The notes under the pieces were generated by a model. It had not been told where the DNA came from. It searched no databases and saw nothing but the letters and a program-made list of their open reading frames with translations. A DNA stretch of 64,000 nucleotides from the human T2T-CHM13v2.0 reference genome, Homo sapiens: NCBI RefSeq assembly GCF_009914755.1, contig NC_060928.1; one strand, written 5' to 3'. Positions 1-14,303 of this stretch are shown here, one piece after another (position 1 is the first letter of the stretch; each line of letters opens with the position of its first letter). The translations under genes and the position numbers were made by a program.

Positions 1-356
1 TCCACACCCAAATCCCATCTTGAATTGTAGTCCCTATAATCCCCACATGTCATGGGAGGGACCCGTTGGGAAGTAATTTAATCATGGGGGCAGTTTCCTC
101 TGTGCTGTTCTCATGATAGTGAGTGAGTTCTCACAAGATCTGATGGTTTTATAAGGGGCTTTTCCCCCTTTTGCTTAGCACTTCTGCTTGCTGCTGCCAT
201 GTGAAGAAGGACGTGTTTGCTTCCCCTTCTGCCATGATTGTAAGTTTCCTGAGGCCTCTCCAGCCATGATGAACTGTGAGTCAATTAAACTTTTCCTTTA
301 TCAATTACCCAGCCTTGGGTATGTCTTTATTAGCAGTGTGAGAACAGACTAATACA
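1..356 (+). mobile_element. THE1-type MaLR LTR (5' end cut by window edge)
   Basis: cccaaatc.catcttgaattgta...gtttcctgaggcct...gaacagactaataca, typical THE1/MST LTR. Confidence 0.9.
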
Positions 357-2785
357 CTTGTCAAGGGCAAAAAAAAATTATATATTACAGATTTTTTCCC
401 TTTCATAACTTTTTAAAAAAAATATAGTTTGCTGCTCTTGATGCCTTTACTACATTTGATATTATTATATTCACATCTAGAGACTGGCACTTTAATTTCA
501 TAGTGGCTTAATTCTAAGATTCTTTCATTTGGCTGATTGATAAAGGAGCTTAACTAATTTTTCAATGTTTTTTTCCCCCAATTTGGGAAATTGGATGAAC
601 ACTCCAACTTTAAGAGCAATGAATGAAATTAGATGAGGACTCCAATTTTCAGGGTAATGATGAGAAAGGATGTGTTTCCTGAAAATAAAGGTCATTCCTT
701 TTCTCCTGTTACTACTTTATCTTTAGGCCTCATATTGTTTCATTTTTAGACCACTATGGTCAGTCGAAACTATACACTTTGGTGTGAAATTGGTATCTTA
801 ATTCTGGCTCTGCTATTGATAGTCATGATCTTGAAGAACTTGCTAAAATCCTCAGAGCTTACTATCATTTCTATTTTTAAAAAGTAGAGGAATAAAGTTA
901 ATGCCAAAAATATGTGTTAAGAATTAAATGAGGTAATTATGTGAAGGTATAGCATGAAGCCTGGTACATGAAAACCCATAAAATATTTTGATTTACTTCT
1001 TTTTAAGTATAAAGAGGTAATTTCTCTTCAGGAAGAAGAGAGATGATAGCCTAATTTGAAGTAATATTAAGAATTAATTGGTAAATTTGAAGTATTTTTT
1101 AAAGGATGGAATCAAAAGGATTTTGATATGTTGCATGGCAAGAGAGAAATCGCCTGGGGAAAAACATACTTTGTTTCTTGTTCTTTTTCTTCCAATTTTG
1201 TTGTGAAAAAAATTAAAATATACAGAAGTTGAAAGAGTGGTACAGTGAATAATATGCCCATCACATACATTCAATTACTAATAACATTTTACCACATTTC
1301 CTTTATACATTTTTACAACATGTGGGTAATTTTGAATAGGGACTGTACAAGATAATAATTATTTTCTTAGGTAGGACAGAGGGTATTATAGTTTTATATA
1401 GAATAATATATGGACTTTTAGGATATACATGTGTTTAAGTACTCATTAAGCATTAGTGGGTAAATTACAAGAATTTCATGGAGGATGGAAACTTAAAAAA
1501 ATATTGATGAGTAAAGTGACATGATGTATACAGATTGCTTTCAAATAGTTGGGCACCAACAACAAACATGTTTTACAGTTGTTTCTTTGAAACTGGAATT
1601 CAGTCAAGGATTACGTATTGCATAGAATGACCCTCACTCGCTCTAAAAAATGGGTCACATTGACTCTTTTCTAGTTATCTTGTATAGCGTTCCACGTCTA
1701 GCTTTGTCTGATTTCTTCTTTCTGTAATCATTTTCCTCTTTCTGGCTCCTGTATGTTTTTGGTAACGTGAAGTTAAACCTTAAGGTTTTTTCAGGCTAAA
1801 GGTTTTTTGGCAAGGGTACTTCATAGGCGATGCTGTTTACTTTATACTGCATCACATTAAGAAACATATAATGTCAGGTTGTCCCAGTGATAGTGACTAC
1901 CAGATCTCTGCCTTGTAAAGTGATGTTTTTCCTTTCATACTTGGGTACTATATGAATATCCTGTTTATTAACCTTTCATCTATGATTTTAGCATACATTG
2001 ATGATCCTTGGTGAATCAATTTTTAAATATTCTACTCATTTTTTTCTACTCACTTTGATACTTTTTCTCCCAATTTCACTAACAGTGTCTTGTCATTTTT
2101 GGGAATGAGTAATTGGGCAAGAAAATGCATGGAAAACTACAGTTACAGAAAACATTTAATGGTATCTACTTTTATTTGACTTCTTCCAAGATGGATTTTC
2201 AGTTCTTTGTAAATAAAGTACTGGTTAAGACCTGAGAGATGTTCACTAAGTGCAAATTATGCTGGACTAAATTAATTTCTTGTAGTGAATCGATCACTTT
2301 TACTTGTCATGTCAAAGAAATTAGTGTATGTTAGTTATAATAAAGCATTTAAAAAATTCCCTCTTATGGGAAATCAGAGGCGCTTGGTTAATTCATAGGT
2401 AACTGGACACATTGATTATTCATCGTGTATTTACTATTGTATGAAGCCCTTCTCAAGTTGCTTAATGCATAGCAGAAGAGACATATTGATAGTCAGCTTA
2501 TGGTCTGGACAGGAATTTGTGTTTTCAAGAAATGCAGTACAACCTGAAAGGAAGTCTAATTGTATGGACAAACAAATATTTAAAAATTTATCAAGTACTC
2601 ATTAATTCATATTACATGTCTCTGAAATATTTGGTACTGATTTTGAGGACCATTTGGCTTCTTGACAATCAGTTTTGAATATTGGATAGATTTAAAGCTT
2701 CTTAAATGTTAGTTGAATGCATACTTCTCATCTTCCTAAGCAGAAGATAAAATACATCCATAACTATTATTCCTGAGTAAATAGC

Positions 2786-3555
2786 TGTGTTCCAAAAACA
2801 ATTCTCTGACACCAACTGGGTATCCAACAATTCCATTCAATTCTGACACTTAACTGTTCAGAGTTAGCACAGACTCCACAGGTTAAGGGACATAGTCCAA
2901 CAAGACTACCCCCACTTCAAACACCAGCTCTAAGTCTTAGGGGTCATCTGTACTTCTGATAAACTTAATTGACTACAAATTTGGGGGTTCCCTTTGGGTT
3001 TGATAATTTGCTACAGTGACTCACAGAACTCAGGAAAGTGCTACGCTTACAATTACTCTTCTATCAGAAGGGACACGAATGAACAAGATGAACAGGTACA
3101 TAGCACAAGGAGGTCTGGAAGGGTGCTGAGTGCAGAAGTTTTTATCCCCATGCTAGGTACACCACTCTGCCAGTACAGCCCTATGTTCACCAACCAGGAA
3201 ACTCTGAACCTTGTATTCAGTGCTTTTATTGAGGTCTCACAAAAGAAGCACGATTGATTAAATCATTGGCCATATGATTGAACTCGATCTCTAGTCTCTC
3301 TCCTATCCGCAGAGGTAGGGGGTCGGGGGAAAGGGAAGGGAGGGGCTGAAAGTTCCAACCCTCTCATCTAATCTGTCTAACCTCTAGTTGGTTTTCTGGT
3401 GATCAGCCCCATTCTGAAGCTATGTAGGGGCCCCATGATGACTTAACCTCTTAGCATAATAAAGAAATGTCTACTAAGGAATTCTAAGTGGTTCTGAAGC
3501 TCTGTACCAGAAACTAGGAACAAAGAACAGACATATATTTTTTTCTTATATTATG
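2786..3555 (-). mobile_element. MER21-family (MER21C-like) solo LTR
   Basis: ctgacaccaactggg, tcacagaactcagg and ccaggaaactctgaacc motifs; boundaries approximate. Confidence 0.75.
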
Positions 3556-3734
3556 GTAATAGAGTGATGCTTAATAAACATAATACAATTTTAAGGCTTT
3601 TCCTCCCTAAAATGGATGGGGGAGGCATTCATTTAGATCTTATTTTGAGTGGCTATATTGAATTGCTGTTCCATTAGGCAAACTAAGCCAAAACATAGAG
3701 GTGAATTATGGTGTTTAAAAAAAGATATATATAT

Positions 3735-4112
3735 TTTTTAAATTTAAGTTCTGGGATACACGTGTATAACGTGCAGGTTTGTTACATAGGTATACATGTG
3801 CCATGGTGGTTTGCTGCACCCATCAACCCTTTGGATATATACCCATCATAATGCCTATAATCCTTCAGGTATATACCCAGTCACGGGATTGCTGGGTCAA
3901 ATGGTATTTCTAGTTCTAGATCCTTGAGGAATCGCCACACTGTCTTCCACAATGGTTGAACTTATTTACACTCCCACCAAAAGTGTAAAAGCATTCCTGT
4001 TTCTCCACATCCTCTCCAGCATCTGTTGTTTCCTGACTTTTTAATGATCGCCATTCTGACTGGCGTGAGATGGTATCTCATTGTGGTTTTGATTTGCATT
4101 TCTTAAATGATG
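3735..4112 (-). mobile_element. L1PA 3' end fragment with internal deletion
   Basis: tttaagttctggga tacacgtg...gtgcaggtttgttacatagg and gggtcaaatggtatttctagttctagatccttgaggaatcgccacac. Confidence 0.9.
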
Positions 4113-4390
4113 TTGGAAAAAAGAGATGATCTTAGCCTTCATTTAACACCTCACATTTCCAGTTCTTTAAAAAAGTGTTTTATAAGCTGATTTTAGGTTT
4201 GAATAACTTATTTTGTACTTCTGTTTACACTTTTATCCACATATGCCTTGGGCATGGTTAAGCAGTTAAGTATAGTCTCCTTGAATTTTACTGTGTTTAT
4301 ATTAGCTTGTTTATCAAGCCATGTATTCATTTCCAGTCTTCTTTTTTAGAATGTGTAGTTTAACTCTAACCTTCGTAAGATGAAGCAGTG

Positions 4391-4954
4391 TTTTTTTTTT
4401 TTTTTTTTCTTCCTGAGACAGAGTCTTGCTTTGTCGCCCAGGCTGGAGTGCAGTGGTATGATGTCAGCTCACAGCAACCTCTGTCTCCTAGGATCAAGCG
4501 ATTCTTGTGCTTCCGCCTCCTGAGTTGTTGGGATTACAAGTGCATGCCACCATGCCTGGCTAATTTTTTGTATTTCTATTAGAGACAAGGTTTTACCATG
4601 TTGCCCAGGCTGGTCAGGTTTTGAAGCAATAAGCACTTCTATGTATAATGCCTGGTAAGTGAGTAGGCATACAATATTATTTATTGAATGAATGAATCAA
4701 TGAAAGATGGAAAAAAATGTTCCGCTAAATTTCTTCTTGGAATCTAGCATAATCAAGGGGAAGGCGGAAGCAAGGCTTTTGGGGTCAGACATAAAAGTAA
4801 TAGTAAGAATATCCAGAAAATGGATATTGAGCTCAGGCCATCCACTCTCCTTGGCCTCCCAAAGTGTTGGTATTACAGGTGTGATCTTAGGCGATCCACC
4901 ATCCTTGGCCTCCCAAAGTGCTGGGATTACAGCTGTGAGCCACTGTGCCTGGCC
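4391..4954 (-). mobile_element. Alu interrupted by a templated insertion (4616-4828)
   Basis: poly-T, right arm and start of left arm to 4615; Alu resumes about 4829 with a 54-bp internal duplication. Confidence 0.92.
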
Positions 4955-6069
4955 AAGTAGTAATAGCAGCAGCCTAATACTACTAATTGTATTAGTAGTA
5001 GTTACAAAAGCTACCATTTATGGAATGAATTGTATTAATGCTTTGCATACAGAACCTCATTTATTCTTTAGAGTAGTCCTATGAGGAGACCTTATTATCT
5101 CTGCTGAAAGTATAAGGAAACTGGGGCTCATACATAATCTCATTTATTCTTTAGAATAGTCCTATGAGGAGATCTTATTATCTCTGCTGAATGTATAAGG
5201 AAACTGGGGCTCAGAAATTAATTTGCATTTGGTCACACAATTAGTAATGGTGGAGTTAGTATTCACTTTTATGTCTGACTCCGAAAGCCTTGCTTCCACC
5301 TTCCCCTTGATATGCTAGATTCCAAGAAGAAATTTAGCGGAACATTTTTTTCCATCTTTCATTGATTCATTCATTCAATAAATAATATTGTATGCCTATT
5401 CACTTACCAGGCATTATGCATACAAGTGCTTATTGCTTCAAAACCTCCAACCCCCATAATATTCATTGTTAATATAAAGGACAAAATCCTTTCATTTCTT
5501 GTTGGGCACTTTGAAATGATTTTGCAATACTCAGTCTTGCTCAGTATATAATATCTAGGTCTTTTTTGTCATCTAATAGTAGGGTGTGGATTCTAGTGTA
5601 TTTTCTGGATATTCTTACTATTACTTACTGGCATTATTAATGTTATTGTACAATTATCTTATGTTGGTTATCTTACTATAATAACTGTGAAAATGGAGAA
5701 ATCTTGAAGCAACTTTAAAAGTTTTTAGGCTAATTTTAGTCTAACTGAAATTTAGAAATTTAGCAGGAAGTATTTGGTAAAATGCCATCAGTATATAATA
5801 TCCCCATTTAATAATAGTATTAGCTTACTTGTGCTTACACATTCATCTATTGCTATGTGCGATGACTGGATATGGCTATAGGGCTGAAGCCATTCTAAGG
5901 CAAATATACAACCATTTTCTTCTTCTGGTAACTTTTAGGGTTTTCTTGTTATCTTGAGCCTTCTGAAATTTCATGATGATGAGCCTTGATGTGGATCTTT
6001 TTGTTCTATGTGCTGGGTATTTGCTTGGTGAGCCCTTTTCATATGGAAACCGATGTACTTCAAGTTTGA

Positions 6070-6484
<415 letters not shown>

Positions 6485-9064
6485 TAATATTACAGTCTTT
6501 TATCCTCTGAAAAAAATTGTGGAATATTTCCCTAATTTTATCTTCTAGCTCCTCTGTTGAAGCTTTAACTTTTGATTTCTTTATTCTATTTTGTAAAAGT
6601 AATTTCTCATTCTCCAAATATCCCTTTTGTAGAACTCTGCTCTTATTTCATGACTGCAATGTCTTTCTTCTACTCTTAAGAATATTTATAGGTTCTTTGG
6701 ATGATTTCTTTAGCTCCCAGCACCTCTTCAAAGTTCTTTTTTTCTGTTTGCTTGTTTTACTATCTTGTCATCTTAAAGGGTTTCTTTGAACGTCTGATCA
6801 TCTTTTTATGTCTGTTCTTTTTAAAGAGTGAAGTTCTAAAGTGATGATGCGCTTTGTGTAAATGGGGCAAGTTTCTTGACTTGAGGCTTCACTTTAGTGT
6901 GACGATGCAGAAAGCCACTTTTAAATTGTGTGACTCCCACATTTCATTATCTGTATGTTTTTTCCAGTTTCCCAGAAAAAAAACACTGTTTCCAATTTCC
7001 ATTTGTGACTACCCCTGTATGTCTGGCTGCCAGTGTTATTGTAGCTGAACAGTGGTCTTGAGTTGAGGTGGGGGGCTTCTCTTTTCAGTAGGCATTTACT
7101 TAATTCTTTGTTTTTTTAGGACTACACTCACCTTTCTTCTATTCCCATGCCCCAGAATGTTTCCTGATGTCCCATATATACTGCTGGTTTAATTAATACT
7201 GCATAGGGGCGAGTGTTGGCCTGGCTGTGGGGAATGGGGTAGCAAATCAAGAGGTCTGACTGACTTTAAGTCAGTTTTCCTATTTGCCAGTGAACTACTT
7301 AGCTCTGTTTTAAGGATTATTTTGTTATTGATCAATTTCTACTCCTTTGGGTACCTCTAGTTAATCAATTAATAACTATGCCAGAGGAACTGTGGGAAAG
7401 ATACGAAGGATAGATACATTGGCTTTATCACTTTTCATTCTTTTGCATTATCTTTTTAAGTGAATTTGAGGGGAGTTACAAATATGTAAAGCACCAATAC
7501 ATTAAAAATGATTTAATTAAAGCATGGAAATGACAAAGCATGGAAAAATAATTGCTTAATAGAAGGAATAAATAATGGCTTACAAGAAGAAGTTAGTCTG
7601 TAGCAGTATATGCCATATGTTCATATATAGTTATTACAGAGACTTGGCATCTCTAGAGCAGTGGTTTCCAAGTGAGTGTAAACTATGTTGTCATTATTTT
7701 ATTACTACCATACTACAGTGTATAACAATTGAGAGATATCCTGGGTGGGCTGGCACTTGAGATTAGATGGAGGATTGTCCATTATGATTTTTCTTAGTTG
7801 AAACAAATTTTTAGATTGGCTTAACAAAACTACTCTCTCATTTTAATCTGGTTACCTTTTTTGTGTGTATGTGGAGACCAGAGGTAAGATTTCCATTAGG
7901 TGTCCTATGAAATTATTTCATGTGTAAATGTTATATCCTACCCTTGAAAAAAGTTGGAGGAGGCTGAAAATTACTGCTCTTTAAAGAATATGCCTATGAA
8001 TGAAACTTCTATATTTAGTTATACAATTTATGTAGTTTATAGAGTGCAAAAGATACCAATTATTTTTCTTATTTACTTTTATAAATACACATTTATTTCC
8101 CATTTTATTTCATCAGATCAATATCCCAGTTTATTTCATCAGATCAATTTCATCAGATCAACATCTGTCACAATTTTGCTTTTATGGGATTTTGAGAACA
8201 TTTAGAATGCTTTATAATACTCTCATAATTTCATGTTTGGAATTATAACATTTAGCATTAATGTAACAACTATGCTTTACAGTATTAAATTGGACATATA
8301 TATGTAGAGTCTGTGGTTACTGCCAATAATCTTATGATTTGTGTACAGAAATTTGTGGAAAACTGAGGTACATGATAATATAGTCAAATTCTAGATAGAA
8401 GTACCTGAGTGAGTGATGAACGTGAAATTGGGTTGGTCATGAAAGAGTTCTGTGAGGAAAAATAAATACTTAAGAATTTGATAAGCTATAGATTGGTGGC
8501 AAGTATTACACCCCTCTCTTGGACTACTATAGTGTCCTAACTAGTTACCTCCCTGTAAGTGCATTCTTCAAACAGAAATAATATTAGCTTATCAGAAAAT
8601 TATTGAAAAGATAGTACTGGGGAAAACATAAACATTTATTACATTTTATTCTCAAAGCAGATACAATTAACGATCACTGTTTACCATGTTTAGGTAGAAT
8701 TTCTTTCTTGAAGTTCAACGTATCTTCTGTGTTCAGAAAACTTAACATTTGATAAGATCTGTCTAAATTAGGGTTAGTAGAATTGGAAAACTTTGATTTT
8801 GGGAATGGTTTTTATGAAGAAAACCTACTTGATACTTGTTTTTCTCATTTCTGTAATTCATAGGGATAAAATCACATTGCTCTGTGGGTGAGTAAGAATA
8901 GGTATATAGGATCCATGGTTCCTCTGGGAACTTACTTCAGTGACTACATAACTTGGTTGTGCATCAGAACCATTTGGGGGAACTCTTTTCCCTCTTCCAT
9001 CTAATAAACAATTTAAAACATATACAAGAGTAAAATAGTATAACAAGTAGGGAGATTTTTAGTG

Positions 9065-9267
9065 CTCTCTCTCTCATATATATATATAGTTTTGTATATA
9101 TAGTTATATATAGTTATATATATAGTTATATATATGGTTATATATATAGTTATATATAGTTATATAGTTATATATAGTTATATATAGGTATATATGTAGG
9201 TATATATATAGGTGTATATATATATATAGTTATATAGTTATGTCTGTATATCTGTATAAATATATAA
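9065..9267. repeat. (TA)-rich minisatellite (TATATAGT-like units)
   Basis: tatatagttatata units repeated, preceded by (CT)n. Confidence 0.92.
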
Positions 9268-9868
9268 ATGGGGCCCCATTATAGGCCTACTGATTCAGAC
9301 TTGGGGCCAGAATTTGGAAACTGTTCAAGATAAATTCATACACAGACCACCTCAGGCAATTCTGATGCAAAGCTATGTTTGGGAAAGCATTGTTATAGAG
9401 GAATAATCTAGACCTAGATAGATAAATGTCTCAAAACAAATGCTATTTAAATGATTTCTCTCAGCTGTACTCATACTGCCTCTTTATCTAGATAAATTCT
9501 TTCTTTCCACATTTTCCTTAGTTTTTGTAACCAAATAAAATTATGGTAGTTTAAGTGGCCCTTTCTATTAGGTCTTCTACTTTCTGGCTTGTTAATGTTT
9601 ACATATGAAATTAGTGCTAAGTGAGTTTCTTTTAAAGTAATGCCCTGCATTGTTAGAGATTTTACGTAAAGTACCTTTCCCAAACATCATCATCATCTGA
9701 TTTATTCCTAGAACTGCCTTGTGGGGTGGTTGATTTGATTTCCCTAACACTATACATGTGGAAATCCAGATCTATAAAAGGGAAGTTGTGCAGTTTCTTA
9801 TAACTGGAAATGGAAGTTGTAGAGAATCTGGAAAGAGTATGTACTGATTCTGGAGTTTCCTAGGAGCT

Positions 9869-10222
9869 TGTATTAGTCTGTTCTCATGCTGCTAATAAAG
9901 GCATACCCACAACTGGGTAATTTATAAAGGAAAGAGATTTAATTAACTGACAGTTCCATGTGGCTGGGGAGGCCTCACAATCATGGCAGAAGGTGAATGA
10001 GGAGCAGAGTTACAACTTACATGGTGGCAGGCAAGAGAGCTTATGCAGGGCAAATCCCATTTATAAAACCATTAGATCTTGTGAGAGTTATTCACTACCA
10101 CAAGAACAGTCTGAGGGAATCTGCCCCCATGTTTCAATTATCTCCACCAGGCTCTGCCCTTGACGTGGGGATTATTACAATTCAAAATGAGATTTCAGTG
10201 GGGACACAGCCAAATCATATCA
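9869..10222 (-). mobile_element. THE1 solo LTR
   Basis: tgtattagtctgttctcatgctgc...caaatcatatca; 5-bp TSD gagct/gaact. Confidence 0.92.
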
Positions 10223-10520
10223 GAACTCTTTTCCCCTATTATGTATTCCTAATAGTTTTTTTCCTTTTACAACTCTGTATTGATCTGAGTGCAGGTGACT
10301 TATTATTGCTCAGGATGCTGCTTTTTAAAGGCTATTAAATTAATGCAAGTGACATACCATTTTAAAAAAAGTAATTGAGCTATAGCATATTCTGTGTCAA
10401 GATAAATTTTAAAAACTTCATGTAGAAATCTTTGTTTAGATGTGACAGAATTGTTCTTTAGAATACCTACCTAGTGCTTCAGATAAGATGCTTTCTCAGC
10501 TGCAGTTAACAGAATTCCCA

Positions 10521-10887
<367 letters not shown>

Positions 10888-11611
10888 CTAGAGGGAGGTG
10901 GTTCCAGAGTTGGCTGATTCAGTAGGCCAAATGTCTGTGTTTTGGATCATTTTCTTTCTGATTCTTTGTTCCATTATGGCCATAGATGACTGCATTAGGG
11001 CTAAACATCATAGGCAACAAAATCAAAAAGCAAAAGAGCAGGGCCTTCTCTACCAGTCTTTTATCTATGGAAAATCATTCCCTGCAACTCGGGCTGACTT
11101 TACATGTTCAATTAGCAAGAACTAGTTACATACCCAATCCTAAATCAGTTACTGATAAGGGGAAATGAGATTCCTGTGATGGGCTTAGAATAATATTGGT
11201 TCATCTTCTGGAACTGGAGGAGGGAAGCACCTATCTGATCCCATTGATGTCTCATGTTGAATAACGTCAGTGTTTTGTCATCCAAGAGGGAGATTCTGAT
11301 ATGTAGGCAGTCACTTGTATATACCAAACTTTAGTAACATAATTGTGACATTTTTCACTATACTACATAAAAGGTATTCTAGTGCAAAAGGTGAAATTTT
11401 AGCCTTTAAGAGAGAAGCGTCTTCATTCGAGAAGCATATTTTCCTCTAAGTACTACTTCATGATTGACTTAGGAAGCCAGTGTTTTGGCATTTAATCTAC
11501 TAGTAGCTTATTGCACTTGTTTTTGTCTTGGGTACAATCATTGTTTATTTTCCTCCAATATGCTCTATGATTATATTACATGATTTTGGCATTTGTTTTT
11601 GTTTCTTTTAA

Positions 11612-12102
<491 letters not shown>

Positions 12103-12203
12103 TGTTTTGTTTTCTATAACATTAACCAGCTTTTAGGCAAGCTGCTTATTTATAATAATCTTTGAAGATCATTAAATTAGAAGATAATCTGGTAATTTGC
12201 AGT

Positions 12204-12364
12204 ATAGTTGTCCCTTAGTCTTCTATGGCGATTTGGTTCTAGGACCCACTACGGATACTAAACTCTGCAGATGCTCAAATCTGAGAATGCTCGAGGCCCG
12301 TATGTAAAATGTAGTATTTGCATGTAACCTACACACATCATCCTGTATACTTTAAAGCTACTCT
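12204..12364 (+). mobile_element. MER2 (TcMar-Tigger) fragment
   Basis: ggttctaggaccc...gatgctcaa...gtatttgcatgtaacctacacacatc resembles the MER2 5' half. Confidence 0.75.
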
Positions 12365-12658
12365 GCTTTCTTTCTTTTTTTTTTCTTAAATACTTTTTAA
12401 TTGTGGAGTATTTTCAGGATAGAAATATTTACTGAGTTATATAGTAAACACCAAGCTTGTTCATCATCCAGCTTAAGAAATTAAACCCTACAAATACTGC
12501 TGGAGCCTTCTTTGTGTGCCTTCTCAACTGTATCCCTGTATAGGCATACCCTGAAGATATGAGTTTGGTTCCAGACCACTGCAATAAAGTGAATGTTGCA
12601 AGAAAGCAAGTCACACAGTTTTTTTGGCTTCCCAGTGCATACAAAAGTTATGGTTACA

Positions 12659-13359
12659 GTTTTTATCTCCCCATTTTAGACCAATGTTTCAGTTGCCTAT
12701 TCTACTTCTATATCAAACTATTACTCTGTGGAGAACCTTTCTCTGCCCCATTGTTGAACATTATGGACTGTACATTGTGTTCCTTGGTCTGAAGAAATGA
12801 TAGTTGGCCCTCTAACTCCATACACTGTCTTATCTTTCTTTCTTTTTTTTTTTATGGCACTCTGAGCATTTTTGTATTCCATTGCATAAGCAAAGCCCGG
12901 TCCAGAGTCAATGTCTATTCCTCTCAAGACCTATTCGTAGCCCCCTGAGGGCTACCAGCATCAGTCTCACTTGCCAGCTATGTTCAGGGTCTTCCTATCA
13001 GGGAATCTCATCCATAGCCATTGGTAGTCTCTGTCTGTCTTGCTGACACTTAGAACAGTTCTCACTGGCATTACGTGCCTGTGAGGGTGCAAAAGGAACA
13101 TGTCTTTATTCATCCTATGTCTGCACTGCTGCAGTACCCCTATGTGTGCTCATAGACACATAGCACACCTGCTTGCTGATTCCAGTGACCTTCCCAATCT
13201 GGAAGGGAGTTCTTCTGATGGGCACTGACTTGTTCTACTTTAATGCACCCCTCAAATTTCCATAGGTTGTGTGGCCAGGCCATTGATTACTGCCTGTGAG
13301 TCAGTAAAAAAACCTCAAACACAGGGGCTTCCACCACTGTTCAGTTCTGCCATTACTGT

Positions 13360-13390
<31 letters not shown>

Positions 13391-14303
13391 AACTGCATGC
13401 AATTCAGCCCACCTTGCTGATACGTTTTTACTTTCTTTGATCAAAGTAGCAGCCATCCAAACAGAATGTTGTCCATTCACTTTGGAACTGTCGTCTGTAA
13501 ACCATGTCACTCCTTGTTGGTCAATTAAGAGCTGTTCATAGTGTACTGTCCAAGTGTCCAGTAGAATCCAGCAGCACGTCACACAGTTCCAGAGTCACCC
13601 TAGGGATAAAGAGACTCCCTGCTTAAGAGTATCTCCTTCTTGCCTTCCCCAGGTAGCATGAGAGCAGACCCATCCTCAATCTGTGTGGGCACCATGTAAT
13701 CAGCTGCCAGCATGGCTAGAATAAAGCAGGAAGGAGAAGATGGAAGAGCAGACTTGCTGAGTCTTCCAGCCTTCACCTTCTAACTTAAAGTTGCAGTTCC
13801 CACCACCTGCTCTTTAGATTCTATTAATTGGCTGAAGTGGCTCACAGAACTCAGGGAAACACTTATGGTTAGTGGCATATTTTAAAGATATTGCAAAGGG
13901 TACAAATGAAGTGATGCATAGGGTATGAGGTATGGGGGAAGGGGTACAGAGCTTCCTTGCCTCCGTGGGCACACCTCCCTCCAGGAACCCTCACATATTC
14001 AGCTATCTGGAAGCTCCCTGAACCCAGTCCTCTTGGGTTTTTATGGAAGCTTCATGAGGTCAGCATTCCTTCCCCCAGGGTATAGTGCAGGACTCTTTCT
14101 GGGGAGAGTTTTAAGACCCACAATCAGAAAGGTGGGCAACGATTAGAGTCCTGCCTTGGGGCAGGTGAAAGGAGGGCAGGAGAGAGATTCTGTTTCCTGA
14201 GGCCTAAGACACCCAACATTATAACAAAAGACTGTGACTAGGGCTTTGGGAGTTACGAACCAGGAACTGTGGACAAAAACCAATATAGTATCATAACATC
14301 ACA
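12659..14303 (-). mobile_element. Rearranged ERV fragment: MER21-like LTR part, short MLT2-like piece, pol (RNase H/integrase) remnants
   Basis: LTR terminus ...cataacatcaca at 14303; peptides WFTDDSS...SARWAELHAV (RNase H) and GIDIDSG.GFAY...GPTIISSDQGT...VQQW (integrase). Confidence 0.75.
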
